This document shows, piece by piece, positions 10,036-18,149 of a DNA stretch of 64,000 nucleotides (positions within the stretch are counted from its first letter, which is position 1; the number at the start of each line of letters is the position of its first letter). The notes beneath the pieces are model-generated. The model did not search any database and was not told the origin of the DNA. It saw nothing but the letters and a program-made list of their open reading frames with translations. The position numbers and the translations under genes were made by a program. Source of the stretch: Nitrospirota bacterium (GTDB lineage: Bacteria; Nitrospirota; UBA9217); assembly GCA_963751455.1 (NCBI GenBank), contig CAVVUN010000015.1, forward strand, positions 1,280,001 through 1,344,000, given 5' to 3'.

Positions 10036-10141
10036 AAACATCGACAAAAGATTGTCGATGTTATGGGCGTAAGCGCCTAATTAAAAAATTGCATATTTCA
10101 AATTGCAAATTGCAAAACGCACGTGAAAACTCAGGTCGCCG

Positions 10142-11128
10142 TCAAACAACAAAAAAGTTTATGGTCGTAATAACCGCGATAGTGATAATGAAGAGCGGCC
10201 ATCGGTTGCCGCTGTTCGGGTGCCCGCCTCCGGCCAGCCGCGCAATCCTGCTTTCGAGCTGCATCCTGTGGCTGTATTCTTCGAGCGGGACCGGCGCGAA
10301 CAAGGATTTTTTCCCGGCGTCAGGACCTGGAGCATCGGGCAATGGGACAAATTTTTTCAATGCCTCTATCAGGTGCTCCGGCTGCTTTGTAAATGAAAGC
10401 GCAATATCATCGCATATCTTCTCCTCGTTCCTGACCACGCGCCTGAATTCGACCAGTGATACCGGGTTAAAGAAGGTCAGCATTCGAAGGAGAAAGACGG
10501 CAAGAAGCACCGGCCTGCGGCTTCGGGCAATATGGGCCAGTTCGTGTGCGAGCGATGCCTGCAGCTGCCCGGGCGTGAGCTTTTCGGTAAGGCCGTCCGA
10601 TATGAAAACCGCTGGTTTTCTTCCCGTGGTCGAAAAGATCACAAGCTCTTCGTCTTCCATGATGACAATCTCGGGCGGCGCGATGGAAAGGGCGCGGCAG
10701 CACTCTTCCACGAAGGGGTCAGGCGCCCGCTCAATGCCTTCCTGCTCAAGGTTTCTCGATTGCACGGTATGGAACAAAATAGGGATCATTTCCTGGAAAA
10801 CAAAGACAAGCGAGGTGACGGCAAGCATCGCCAGGAAAAGCGCGCCGATGGAAACGACGCCCAAAATTTCAATATTCATCCAGCGGTTCGCATCCAGAAG
10901 AGAGACCAGCCTGAATTCGAGAGAACTCCTGCCCGGGACGAGTGCCTGGAAAAGAGGAAAGGAGAAAACCGGCACGAGAACAACGATAAGCCGGAAACGC
11001 TGCCGCACGATCGGGTTCCCGACATTCCACGCCCTGAGCGCCTGGTCGGAAATCACCGACGCGATCATCGAGTGGCAGAATGCCTGGGTCACGAACATCC
11101 CGACATAGGAATTAAAAAAATTGAACAT
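10142..11128 (-). CDS. M56/BlaR1-like membrane zinc metallopeptidase
   Basis: LAHELAHI zinc motif; FFNPV and EKICDD; multiple TM helices; start uncertain (11128 or 11134). Confidence 0.85.
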   Translation of the reverse strand: MFNFFNSYVGMFVTQAFCHSMIASVISDQALRAWNVGNPIVRQRFRLIVVLVPVFSFPLFQALVPGRSSLEFRLVSLLDANRWMNIEILGVVSIGALFLAMLAVTSLVFVFQEMIPILFHTVQSRNLEQEGIERAPDPFVEECCRALSIAPPEIVIMEDEELVIFSTTGRKPAVFISDGLTEKLTPGQLQASLAHELAHIARSRRPVLLAVFLLRMLTFFNPVSLVEFRRVVRNEEKICDDIALSFTKQPEHLIEALKKFVPLPDAPGPDAGKKSLFAPVPLEEYSHRMQLESRIARLAGGGHPNSGNRWPLFIITIAVITTINFFVV

Positions 11129-11416
11129 GATCATAAACGAGCTTGTCCTACTCCATCTCCCCTCAGTGGAAGAAGGCTGGAAGAGGGGACTCGCCGGGTG
11201 AGAGAAATTGGAGCAAATCGGGCATGTATTTTCGAGGCAATTATAGCGAAATCGGTGGTCCATTGCCAGAAAAAGTATATCAGGAACCCGGGTTTTGCCG
11301 CGTTTTGTTATATCTTCTTGATTTTTGCGTCTTTCTGTAATATCTTCATCCAGGACGTTCTATGCATTTATATTGAGATTTTAGCGTTCACGGTAAGTGT
11401 ATACAAATGAAGCGGG

Positions 11417-11572
11417 GTGCCGATGCAGCTTCCGAAAGAAATCTCCGAACTGATCGAACGCTTTGACCGGAACATCGAAGACTACAAGTCCGGAAAGTAC
11501 AATGAGATGCGGCTCCGGCAGGAATTTCTCAATCCGTTCTTCGAAACGCTCGGTTGGGACATGAACAACCGG
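11417..11572 (+). pseudogene. N-terminal remnant of a type IIG/HsdR_N-like restriction-modification protein, cut by a transposon
   Basis: LIERFDRNIEDYKSGKYNEMRLRQEFLNPFFETLGWD is a typical REase-MTase fusion start; stops at the TIR at 11573. Confidence 0.75.
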
Positions 11573-11598
11573 GAACCTTTAGGGTCAAGTCTTTTTCG

Positions 11599-11627
11599 TT
11601 GCATTTCATTCTGATTTCTGCTACAGT
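11599..11627 (+). promoter_or_regulatory. Putative sigma70 promoter for a leaderless transposase mRNA
   Basis: TTGCAT-17bp-TACAGT, 6 nt before the ATG; no SD; the -35 lies inside the TIR. Confidence 0.55.
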
Positions 11628-11633
11628 CGCCCC

Positions 11634-12503
11634 ATGGCCCGACCTCTAAGAATAGAATATGCCGGTGCGGTCTATCACGTAACATCCCGTGGCAACGAGA
11701 AAAAGCCCGTATTCAAAAACGACCAGGACCGCGAAAACTTTCTGAACACGGTCCAGCACGTCAACAAGCGGTACAATTGGATCTGTCATGCGTATTGCCT
11801 CATGACAAATCATTACCACCTTCTTATCGAGACCCCGGAAGGCAATCTTTCTCTCGGTATGCGCCAATTGAACGGCGTCTATACGCAACTTTTCAACAAG
11901 TATCACGGCAGGTCCGGGCATTTATTCCAGGGCCGGTATAAGGCTATCTTGATCCAGAAAGACAGTCATCTCCTTGAGGTCTGCCGATATGTGGTTCTAA
12001 ATCCGGTAAGAGCAAGGATTGTCGAAGCGCCGGAAGACTGGAAGTGGTCCAGTTACCTTGCGACGGCGGGTAAGGCAGAACCTCATCCCTGCCTCACAAA
12101 GGACTGGGTGCTCGGTCAATTCAGCAGAAAACGAGATAAGGCGGAAAAAGAGTATCGCCAGTTCGTTCAGTGGGGTATCGGAAAGAAGACGATCTGGACG
12201 GAAGTGCGAGGCCAAGCGCTTTTAGGTGAGGACGATTTTGTAGATAAACTTACGGATTATCTCAAAAAGCACAAGGACATTCCCGAAATTCCCCGGAGTC
12301 AGCGATATTCGACTCGACCGTCGCTTGCCGTTTTGCTGCCCGACTCAGTCATGAACAATCATCGCAAACTGATGAAAAAGGTGTCTGAGGCCGTGGAAAA
12401 ATACGGTTATCATCAGAGTGAACTAGCCCGTCATGTGGCTGTCCACTACTCGACGATCAGCCGCTGGCTTCGTGAATACGAAAATGCAACGAAAAAGACT
12501 TGA
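11634..12503 (+). CDS. Y1/HUH transposase (RAYT-like) with C-terminal HTH
   Basis: YHVTSRGN, AYCLMTNHYHLL (HUH), LFQGRYK, YVVLNPVRA, WSSY; HTH QSELARHVAVHYSTISR. Confidence 0.93.
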   Translation: MARPLRIEYAGAVYHVTSRGNEKKPVFKNDQDRENFLNTVQHVNKRYNWICHAYCLMTNHYHLLIETPEGNLSLGMRQLNGVYTQLFNKYHGRSGHLFQGRYKAILIQKDSHLLEVCRYVVLNPVRARIVEAPEDWKWSSYLATAGKAEPHPCLTKDWVLGQFSRKRDKAEKEYRQFVQWGIGKKTIWTEVRGQALLGEDDFVDKLTDYLKKHKDIPEIPRSQRYSTRPSLAVLLPDSVMNNHRKLMKKVSEAVEKYGYHQSELARHVAVHYSTISRWLREYENATKKT

Positions 12504-12552
12504 CCCTAAAGGTTCTCTTGACCCTAAAGGTTCTCTAAAGGTTCTAAAGGTT
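12499..12552 (+). repeat. Stuttered element-end repeats
   Basis: CTTGACCCTAAAGGTTCT x2, then CTAAAGGTT x2. Confidence 0.9.
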
Positions 12553-12656
12553 TTCACAACGAGCGATTGCCGACCACCTGGGTGTGCACTTCACGTACGT
12601 GAGTAGAATTTTACGGAATCGAAGGGAAAGGTAAACAGTATAGACCTGTATAACCC
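12553..12656 (+). pseudogene. 3' remnant of a type 2 RAYT-like element
   Basis: Encodes QRAIADHLGVHFTYVSRIL...R*, followed by AACAGTATAGACCTG, matching the type 2 right end. Confidence 0.8.
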
Positions 12657-13182
12657 TGTGAAGTTCCAAGACCATCGGCGGGGGACCGCACACGGATTTC
12701 GCCGAACACCCGTCACCCATTGCGCAGCCCCCCACTCCTGGTCTATTTACTATAACAAGGATTTCCAATTCATGAATAAAGTGTTTATGAGCTGTGCATT
12801 TGCAATGCGAGCCGCGGGAGCCATGCGACGGTCTTGCCTTTTCTCAAGAGCATTGCCGGCTGCATTCCTGTTGTCGCACGTCCGAGCACGCTGAAATTCT
12901 CCGGCCCCCAATTATATCTGGGAATGTAGAACGGATTTTCCGTATCGGCTTGCAGACCGGAAAGACCATTGGCGAGCAATGAATCGGTGTTGACTTCGAA
13001 TTTCCAGATGGGATAGGATGTTGCGGTACTCGTCGGCAGAGTACTGAGGTTTAACAGTGCCTGGAGCGCCCTAAAATCATAATCCTGATTCCCTTGGACG
13101 GCTGAGGGTCAAATCTCATTTGTCAACAATGAGAGCCGGCCGATCAGCCCTGAGTTAGAGGCTTTTGGGGTCGTTTTTTTAC

Positions 13183-13297
13183 AGGCTGTTGCCTGTGCTT
13201 CGACAGGTTCAGCGTGAACGGAAAAAGATAACGATTTCAAAGGTAATGCCGTTCGCCCTGAGTTTGTCGAAGGGTGAACGGGGTTTCGGCAACAGCC
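13183..13297. repeat. Nested palindromic repeat
   Basis: Outer GGCTGTTGCC/GGCAACAGCC; inner CTTCGACAGGTTCAGCGTGAACGG / CCGTTCGCCCTGAGTTTGTCGAAG. Confidence 0.75.
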
Positions 13298-13448
13298 CTT
13301 GACAGTTCTAACGGAAAGATATTTATATCGGTCCTTTTTTTGGGCCCGCCGGGTCCTCGTTCTGCAACGCCCTTGTCGTAATGCAGTTGACGTGCCTGCA
13401 TAAAATGTGTAAAATATGATTATCATATAATACGCAGAGGAGGGAACA

Positions 13449-13730
13449 ATGACGAAAACGATAACCGCAACCGAGGCTGTTCGGAAGTTTTCCGAGATAC
13501 TCAATTCCATAAAATACACGGGGAATGACTATACGATCATGCGGGGAGGCAAGCCGGTTGCGACGATCCGTCCGGCGGAAACCCACGCAAAGGAATTGAC
13601 CCTGGGCGATCTGCCGGGATTGGTGCGATCGCTTCCCGCGCTCGGCGATGAAGCGGAACGATTCAAAAAAGACATCAGGGAAGCCCGTAAGCATCAGCCC
13701 CATTTGCCGGAGAAAGACAAATGGGCGTAA
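13449..13730 (+). CDS. Phd/YefM-family antitoxin
   Basis: ITATEAVRKFSEILNSI...IMRGGKPVATI; overlaps the toxin. Confidence 0.88.
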   Translation: MTKTITATEAVRKFSEILNSIKYTGNDYTIMRGGKPVATIRPAETHAKELTLGDLPGLVRSLPALGDEAERFKKDIREARKHQPHLPEKDKWA

Positions 13731-14128
13731 TATTCGACACGAGCGTCCTGATCTCCCTTGAGCGCGGTTCGCACGGACTTGAGAGGCTCGCCTCAGGCAG
13801 GGAAAACGAGGCCTTCGGTATCAGCGTTGTCGCTGTTTCCGAGCTCTTGCATGGCGTTCATCGTGCGGACTCAGAGAAAAGGCGCCTCACGAGGGGAGCG
13901 TTCGTCGAAAAGATTATACAGACCTTCCCGCTCTATTCGTTTGACTTGAACGCAGCGAGAATCTATGCAAAACTTTGGGCCAATCTCGCAAAAAAGGGAG
14001 TGACCATAGGCGCTCACGACCTTATGATCGCTTCAACGGCAATTGCCCTCGGTTTCTCCGTGGTTACTACTGATGTGCGCGACTATGGCAAGGTTAAGGA
14101 AGTGACTGTCGAAAAGTTCCTCGTATGA
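13721..14128 (+). CDS. vapC: VapC/PIN-domain toxin
   Basis: IFDTSVLI, SELLHG, HDLMIASTA, VVTTD. Confidence 0.9.
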   Translation: MGVIFDTSVLISLERGSHGLERLASGRENEAFGISVVAVSELLHGVHRADSEKRRLTRGAFVEKIIQTFPLYSFDLNAARIYAKLWANLAKKGVTIGAHDLMIASTAIALGFSVVTTDVRDYGKVKEVTVEKFLV

Positions 14129-14264
14129 TTAGCCTCGGTCGTTCTCAGAGGAGAACTTTCGGGGCCAGGTTTTTAAATATCAGTTGGTAGATTTGAAACC
14201 CGCCCCGTTTTTTGACCGGACCCCCACCCGTCCTCGGATATCTCCTGATCTGAAAGGAAGCCCC

Positions 14265-14360
14265 ATGAAGAGGACCCAATTATATATAGAAGATGATGTT
14301 CTTAAAGTGCTCCGGCGAGTAAGCAAGGAAAAGGCGGTTTCAATATCCGCTCTGAAATAG
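14265..14360 (+). pseudogene. Truncated CopG/RHH antitoxin
   Basis: Manual translation MKRTQLYIEDDVLKVLRRVSKEKAVSISALK*; AAGGAAG RBS. Confidence 0.65.
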
Positions 14361-14388
14361 CGACAATATCTTTGCTTTTACCATTCGT

Positions 14389-14464
14389 CCAAAGTTTCTT
14401 TTTCATAATAAAGCCCGACGCCCTATCCAGCCCGCCCCTTCGCTGTTTTTGATTGAAACTTAAT
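14389..14464 (+). repeat. 76-bp direct repeat, copy 1
   Basis: Identical to 17573-17648. Confidence 0.9.
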
Positions 14465-14467
14465 TTG

Positions 14468-15415
14468 AACTTCTTAGGGTCAGGTCCATACTGTTGGACT
14501 TTTGTTTAAACTTCTGTTAAACTCCCCTTTATGGCTCGTCCATTACGCATAGAATACTCCGGTGCAGTTTATCACATCACCAACCGGGGCAACGATAAAA
14601 AAGCCGTATTCAAAGATGACCAGGACCGAGAGATATTTCTCAAAATCCTTGCCTTCGTCAACAAACGCTACCACTGGCTTTGTCACGCCTACTGTCTCAT
14701 GGACAATCATTACCACCTCATGATAGAAACGCCGGATGGAAACCTTTCCCTCGGCATGAGGCAGCTAAACGGTGTTTATACTCAGGCGCGGAACAAACGC
14801 CACAACAAGACCGGGCACCTTTTCCAGGGCAGGTACAAGGCCATCCTTATTCAAAAGGACACTCATCTTCTTGAAGTCTGCCGCTATGTGGTCCTTAATC
14901 CGGTCCGCGCTGGGATGGTCGAAAAGCCCGAAGACTGGAAATGGTCCAGCTACCGGGCCACAGGTGGGAAGGAAACAGCTCATCCCTGTCTCACAACGGA
15001 CTGGATACTAGGACAGTTCAGCCGAACGAGGGCCAAGGCAGAGAAAGAATATCGCCAATTTGTGAAATGGGGGATCGGCAAGGAAACCATCTGGAAGGAG
15101 GTCAAGGGCCAAGCCCTTCTCGGCGAAGATGACTTTGTTGACAGCCTTGCCGATCATCTCGGAAGGCATAAAGATATTCCCGAGATCCCAAAGAGCCAGC
15201 GCTACGCCAACAGGCCGGCACTTGAAAAAATATTCACTCAGAGTATACTGGACAACAAACTTACGCGGGACAGAAAAATTGCCGAGGCTGTCGAGAAGTA
15301 CGGATACACTCAGCGTTCAATTGCTGATCACCTCAGCGTGCACTCCACATACGTGAGCAGAATTCTGTGCGGACACTACAAAAGGTAAACAGTATGGACC
15401 TGACCCTAAGAAGTT
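14468..15415 (+). mobile_element. TIR-bounded Y1/HUH (RAYT-like) element, type 2 copy a
   Basis: Perfect 28-bp IR AACTTCTTAGGGTCAGGTCCATACTGTT at 14468-14495 and 15388-15415. Confidence 0.9.
14531..15388 (+). CDS. Y1/HUH transposase (RAYT-like), type 2
   Basis: Same motifs as 11634-12503 (MDNHYHL, LNPVRAG) with a diverged C-terminal HTH; TGGACT-17-TAAACT 7 nt upstream of the ATG. Confidence 0.93.
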   Translation: MARPLRIEYSGAVYHITNRGNDKKAVFKDDQDREIFLKILAFVNKRYHWLCHAYCLMDNHYHLMIETPDGNLSLGMRQLNGVYTQARNKRHNKTGHLFQGRYKAILIQKDTHLLEVCRYVVLNPVRAGMVEKPEDWKWSSYRATGGKETAHPCLTTDWILGQFSRTRAKAEKEYRQFVKWGIGKETIWKEVKGQALLGEDDFVDSLADHLGRHKDIPEIPKSQRYANRPALEKIFTQSILDNKLTRDRKIAEAVEKYGYTQRSIADHLSVHSTYVSRILCGHYKR

Positions 15416-15430
15416 TTCTGAGAAGTTTTG

Positions 15431-15717
15431 GTTGCCGAACACGGGGATGCGCTCCTCTGTGTTCGCTACAGATACGACGAGCAGAGCCGCACACGCTAAA
15501 AACCATAGAACTGATCATCGAATGAAAACCCTGGATGCCGACCTCACGCCGTTTCAACGATAATACACCGGTGCCTGTGCGAATTGAATATAGTGATAAG
15601 GCTTTGCGGGAAAAGGCAAAGGCGGCGCATGGAAAATGGGATCCGAAGACACGTGCATGGTATATTCAGTTCGGAAAAATCAAAGGAACCGAATTGGAAA
15701 AGTTTATAATATCATAA
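15431..15717 (+). pseudogene. Degraded small protein with a DUF5710-like C-terminus
   Basis: VAEHGDALLCVRYRYDEQSRTR*/KTIELIIE*KPW...KAKAAHGKWDPKTRAWYI, with stops and a frameshift; homologous remnant at 47620-47830. Confidence 0.7.
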
Positions 15718-15735
15718 ACCTGAGGCAACGAGAAA

Positions 15736-15849
15736 GCTTATGATACTATAAACAGCCAAAGCTTAGAATAGCATAAACCGGCTTATTCTATCATAAACTT
15801 GTTTGTCATATCATAAGCCGGTTTCCGAATAGAGATTAACTGGTTAACC
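15736..15849 (+). promoter_or_regulatory. Phased palindrome array ending in GTTAACC (attI-like)
   Basis: Units GCTTATGATACTATAAAC, GCTTAGAATAGCATAAAC, GCTTATTCTATCATAAAC and GTTTGTCATATCATAAGC (last three at 20-bp period); GTTAACC at 15843. Confidence 0.6.
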
Positions 15850-15859
15850 GGGGAAAATC

Positions 15860-16588
15860 ATGAGCACACCTCTCGAAGACAAATCGACATTAGAAGACAT
15901 ACGTAATCGATTTGACAACGATGTTGACCGTTTCTCAAGTCTCGAAACTGGCCAGGCAGCAACTATCGATGCTCCGCTCGCCTTGGAGTTGATTACCCGA
16001 GCTGCGATCTCGTGCACCGCAAACATTCGACGTGTACTTGATATCGGATGTGGTGCTGGCAACAGCACTCTCAAACTTCTTCAGTCTGTTTCTCCCTTTG
16101 ATTGTGACCTCATCGATTTGAGCCAACCCATGCTCGAAAGGGCACATGCCCGGATTGCTGCAGTTAATTCGGGTGCGATCAGAATCTTTCAAGGCGACTT
16201 TCGCACAATCAATTTACCCGACCAAGGATATGACGTCATCTTGGCTGCGGCTGTTTTACATCACTTGCGAGATGATCAAGACTGGGAAATAGCATTTCGC
16301 AAGATTTATAGGCTGACAGCCCCAGGTGGCAGCGCCTGGATAACGGATTTGGTGTCCCATGAAACTGCGGCGGTCCATAGCATGATGTGGGAGCGGTATG
16401 AAGTATATTTGCGCTCACTGGGCGGAGAAGAGTATAAGAATAAGGTCTTTGCGTACATCGACAAGGAAGACTCACCACGCCCGGTCACATATCAACTAGA
16501 TTTGCTTCGTCGTGTAGGATTCGAGCGCGTTGAGCTTTTACACAAAAATTCATGTTTTGCTGCCTTTGGAGCTGTAAAAAGTCATTAA
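15860..16588 (+). CDS. Class I SAM-dependent methyltransferase (cassette-like)
   Basis: VLDIGCGAG motif I; AVLHHL; starts 10 nt after GTTAACC. Confidence 0.9.
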   Translation: MSTPLEDKSTLEDIRNRFDNDVDRFSSLETGQAATIDAPLALELITRAAISCTANIRRVLDIGCGAGNSTLKLLQSVSPFDCDLIDLSQPMLERAHARIAAVNSGAIRIFQGDFRTINLPDQGYDVILAAAVLHHLRDDQDWEIAFRKIYRLTAPGGSAWITDLVSHETAAVHSMMWERYEVYLRSLGGEEYKNKVFAYIDKEDSPRPVTYQLDLLRRVGFERVELLHKNSCFAAFGAVKSH

Positions 16589-16612
16589 CCACTGGGTCCG
16601 CTGGCGAAAAAC

Positions 16613-16668
16613 GGTCAACGAATCGTCCCACGCCGACCGCTACGCGGCGTGTGAACTCGTCGTTGGAA
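16613..16668 (+). repeat. attC-like site
   Basis: GGTCAAC...CACGCCG accgctacg CGGCGTG...GTTGGAA hairpin just after the methyltransferase. Confidence 0.65.
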
Positions 16669-16956
16669 ACGCCGTGTCCATAGCAAACAATGAATTGGCC
16701 GCCAAAATAAAAAAATAAAGATTCTCTCGACAGGTGCTGAGGGCTGTCAAAGTGAAGTCTATGTCGTCCCATCTCAGAAGACGGAGCCGCTTGTCTATCA
16801 CTCGCCTAACGGAAAACGCCGTGTTCTACAGTTGTCTCGGATGAGGAGATATGGCAAACATTTCAAGGATGCATGGCATATGCTGAAATAAATCGTGGGC
16901 TTAAGGTCGGGACTGCAAATCATATTTCGGGGTGAGCCCGTCAAATCAGATAACAT

Positions 16957-17015
16957 ATTCAACGAGCGGATTGAGCGAGGGGCGGCGCAAAATGCCTGCC
17001 CCCCTCTGGTTATTC
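16957..17015 (+). repeat. Degenerate attC-like site
   Basis: ATTCAAC...GAGGGGCGGC..GCCTGCCCCCCTC..GTTATTC. Confidence 0.4.
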
Positions 17016-17150
17016 ACTTTATTCTTCAGATAGAAACAGTACGGGCGTTCCAGTACAAAATTTTCTGTCTTCTCGTGTCCGGCGCTATTGATTTTTTATG
17101 GCGAAATCTTACTGACATATGTTCCAATAGCATTATTGGAGGTTATGTAC

Positions 17151-17354
17151 ATGGCGCACCTCAAAGAAAAAGTTATCGAACTTATCAAATCTCTTCCCGA
17201 AGACGCGACCCTGGAAGATATTCACTATCATCTTTACGTTCGGGAAAAAGTTGAGCATGGCCTAAAAGCAATAGACGAAGGCCGCATTGTCTCACAGGAA
17301 GAAGCTGAAAAAAGGGTTGCGGAATGGTTAAAGTCAAGCCCTCGCGGTGCCTGA
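17151..17354 (+). CDS. Antitoxin of a RelE/ParE-type TA pair
   Basis: KEKVIELIKSLPEDATLEDIHYHLYVREKVEHGL..IDEGRIVSQEE; GGAGG RBS. Confidence 0.8.
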   Translation: MAHLKEKVIELIKSLPEDATLEDIHYHLYVREKVEHGLKAIDEGRIVSQEEAEKRVAEWLKSSPRGA

Positions 17355-17455
17355 ACAACGCGCAAAACGAATCGTTCAGCGTATACAAAAAAATCTTTAG
17401 CAATATACTCAAAGATGCTGTGAAGATCGTTCAGCGCTGGTTCTGTCCAGATGAC
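17324..17455. pseudogene. RelE/ParE toxin inactivated by an internal inversion
   Basis: MVKV on +, then IWTEPALNDLHSIFEYIAKD on the - strand; re-inverting 17333-17455 gives a continuous ParE N-terminus. Confidence 0.75.
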
Positions 17456-17572
17456 CAGGTTCGTCATCAGATCGACATTGTATTTGAAATAAACCTTCGC
17501 TTCGATACGAATGTCAGTACGCTTGTCGTGGACCGCAAATCGTGGGAAAGCCGCCTTTTTTCAGTGCTTCCG

Positions 17573-17648
17573 CCAAAGTTTCTTTTTCATAATAAAGCCC
17601 GACGCCCTATCCAGCCCGCCCCTTCGCTGTTTTTGATTGAAACTTAAT
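17573..17648 (+). repeat. 76-bp direct repeat, copy 2
   Basis: Identical to 14389-14464. Confidence 0.9.
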
Positions 17649-17729
17649 CCGATTTAATCGATAATATACCGATACCATGAAACGTGATCTGGAACACTCC
17701 CCGGTTTATATTTCACAAAGAGACAAACG

Positions 17730-18149
17730 ATGAGCAACCTGGACGTTCGTTGGAAACAACGCTTCAATCATTATCAAAAAGCGCTCCGGCAGCTTGCAGG
17801 ATCCGTGGAACTGGCGAGGCAGCTTCCCTTGTCAGAGCTTGAGAAACTAGGTCTCATTAAGGCCTTTGAATTCACGCATGAGCTGGCATGGAATGTGATG
17901 AAGGATTATTTTGAATACCAGGGCACGACCTCAATCATGGGTTCCCGCGACGCATCACGTGAAGCATTTCAAAAAGGACTTGTTGCTGACGGTGAAGGGT
18001 GGATGGAGATGCTCCAGAGCAGGAACCAGACGTCGCATACCTATAACCAAAATGTGGCAGACGAAATTGCCGGGAAAGTGACGACGCTGTATTGCAAGCT
18101 GTTCCTTGAGTTGGAAAAAAGTCTTTTGAAGATGAAAGACAGCGAGTGA
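17730..18149 (+). CDS. HEPN/HI0074-family nucleotidyltransferase substrate-binding protein (type VII TA toxin-like)
   Basis: RWKQRF, FEFTHELAW, and RNQTSHTY (Rx4H). Confidence 0.9.
   Translation: MSNLDVRWKQRFNHYQKALRQLAGSVELARQLPLSELEKLGLIKAFEFTHELAWNVMKDYFEYQGTTSIMGSRDASREAFQKGLVADGEGWMEMLQSRNQTSHTYNQNVADEIAGKVTTLYCKLFLELEKSLLKMKDSE

Larger units (their letters stand above)
11573..12515 (+). mobile_element. TIR-bounded Y1/HUH (RAYT-like) element, type 1 copy a
   Basis: Perfect 34-bp inverted repeat GAACCTTTAGGGTCAAGTCTTTTTCGTTGCATTT at 11573-11606 and 12482-12515 around the transposase. Confidence 0.9.

Noticed and set aside
12660-13100. Possible minus-strand gene fragment (LLNLSTLPTST...NPFYIPRYNW)
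   Set aside because: No clear start or recognisable family; cannot be supported as a feature
13109-13519. 136-aa minus-strand ORF
   Set aside because: Contains VHPSTNSGRT/VHAEPVEA, translations of the palindromic repeat, and overlaps the antitoxin
15736-15849. Possible CRISPR or iteron array
   Set aside because: Units abut at a 20-bp period with no unique spacers; no cas or rep gene nearby
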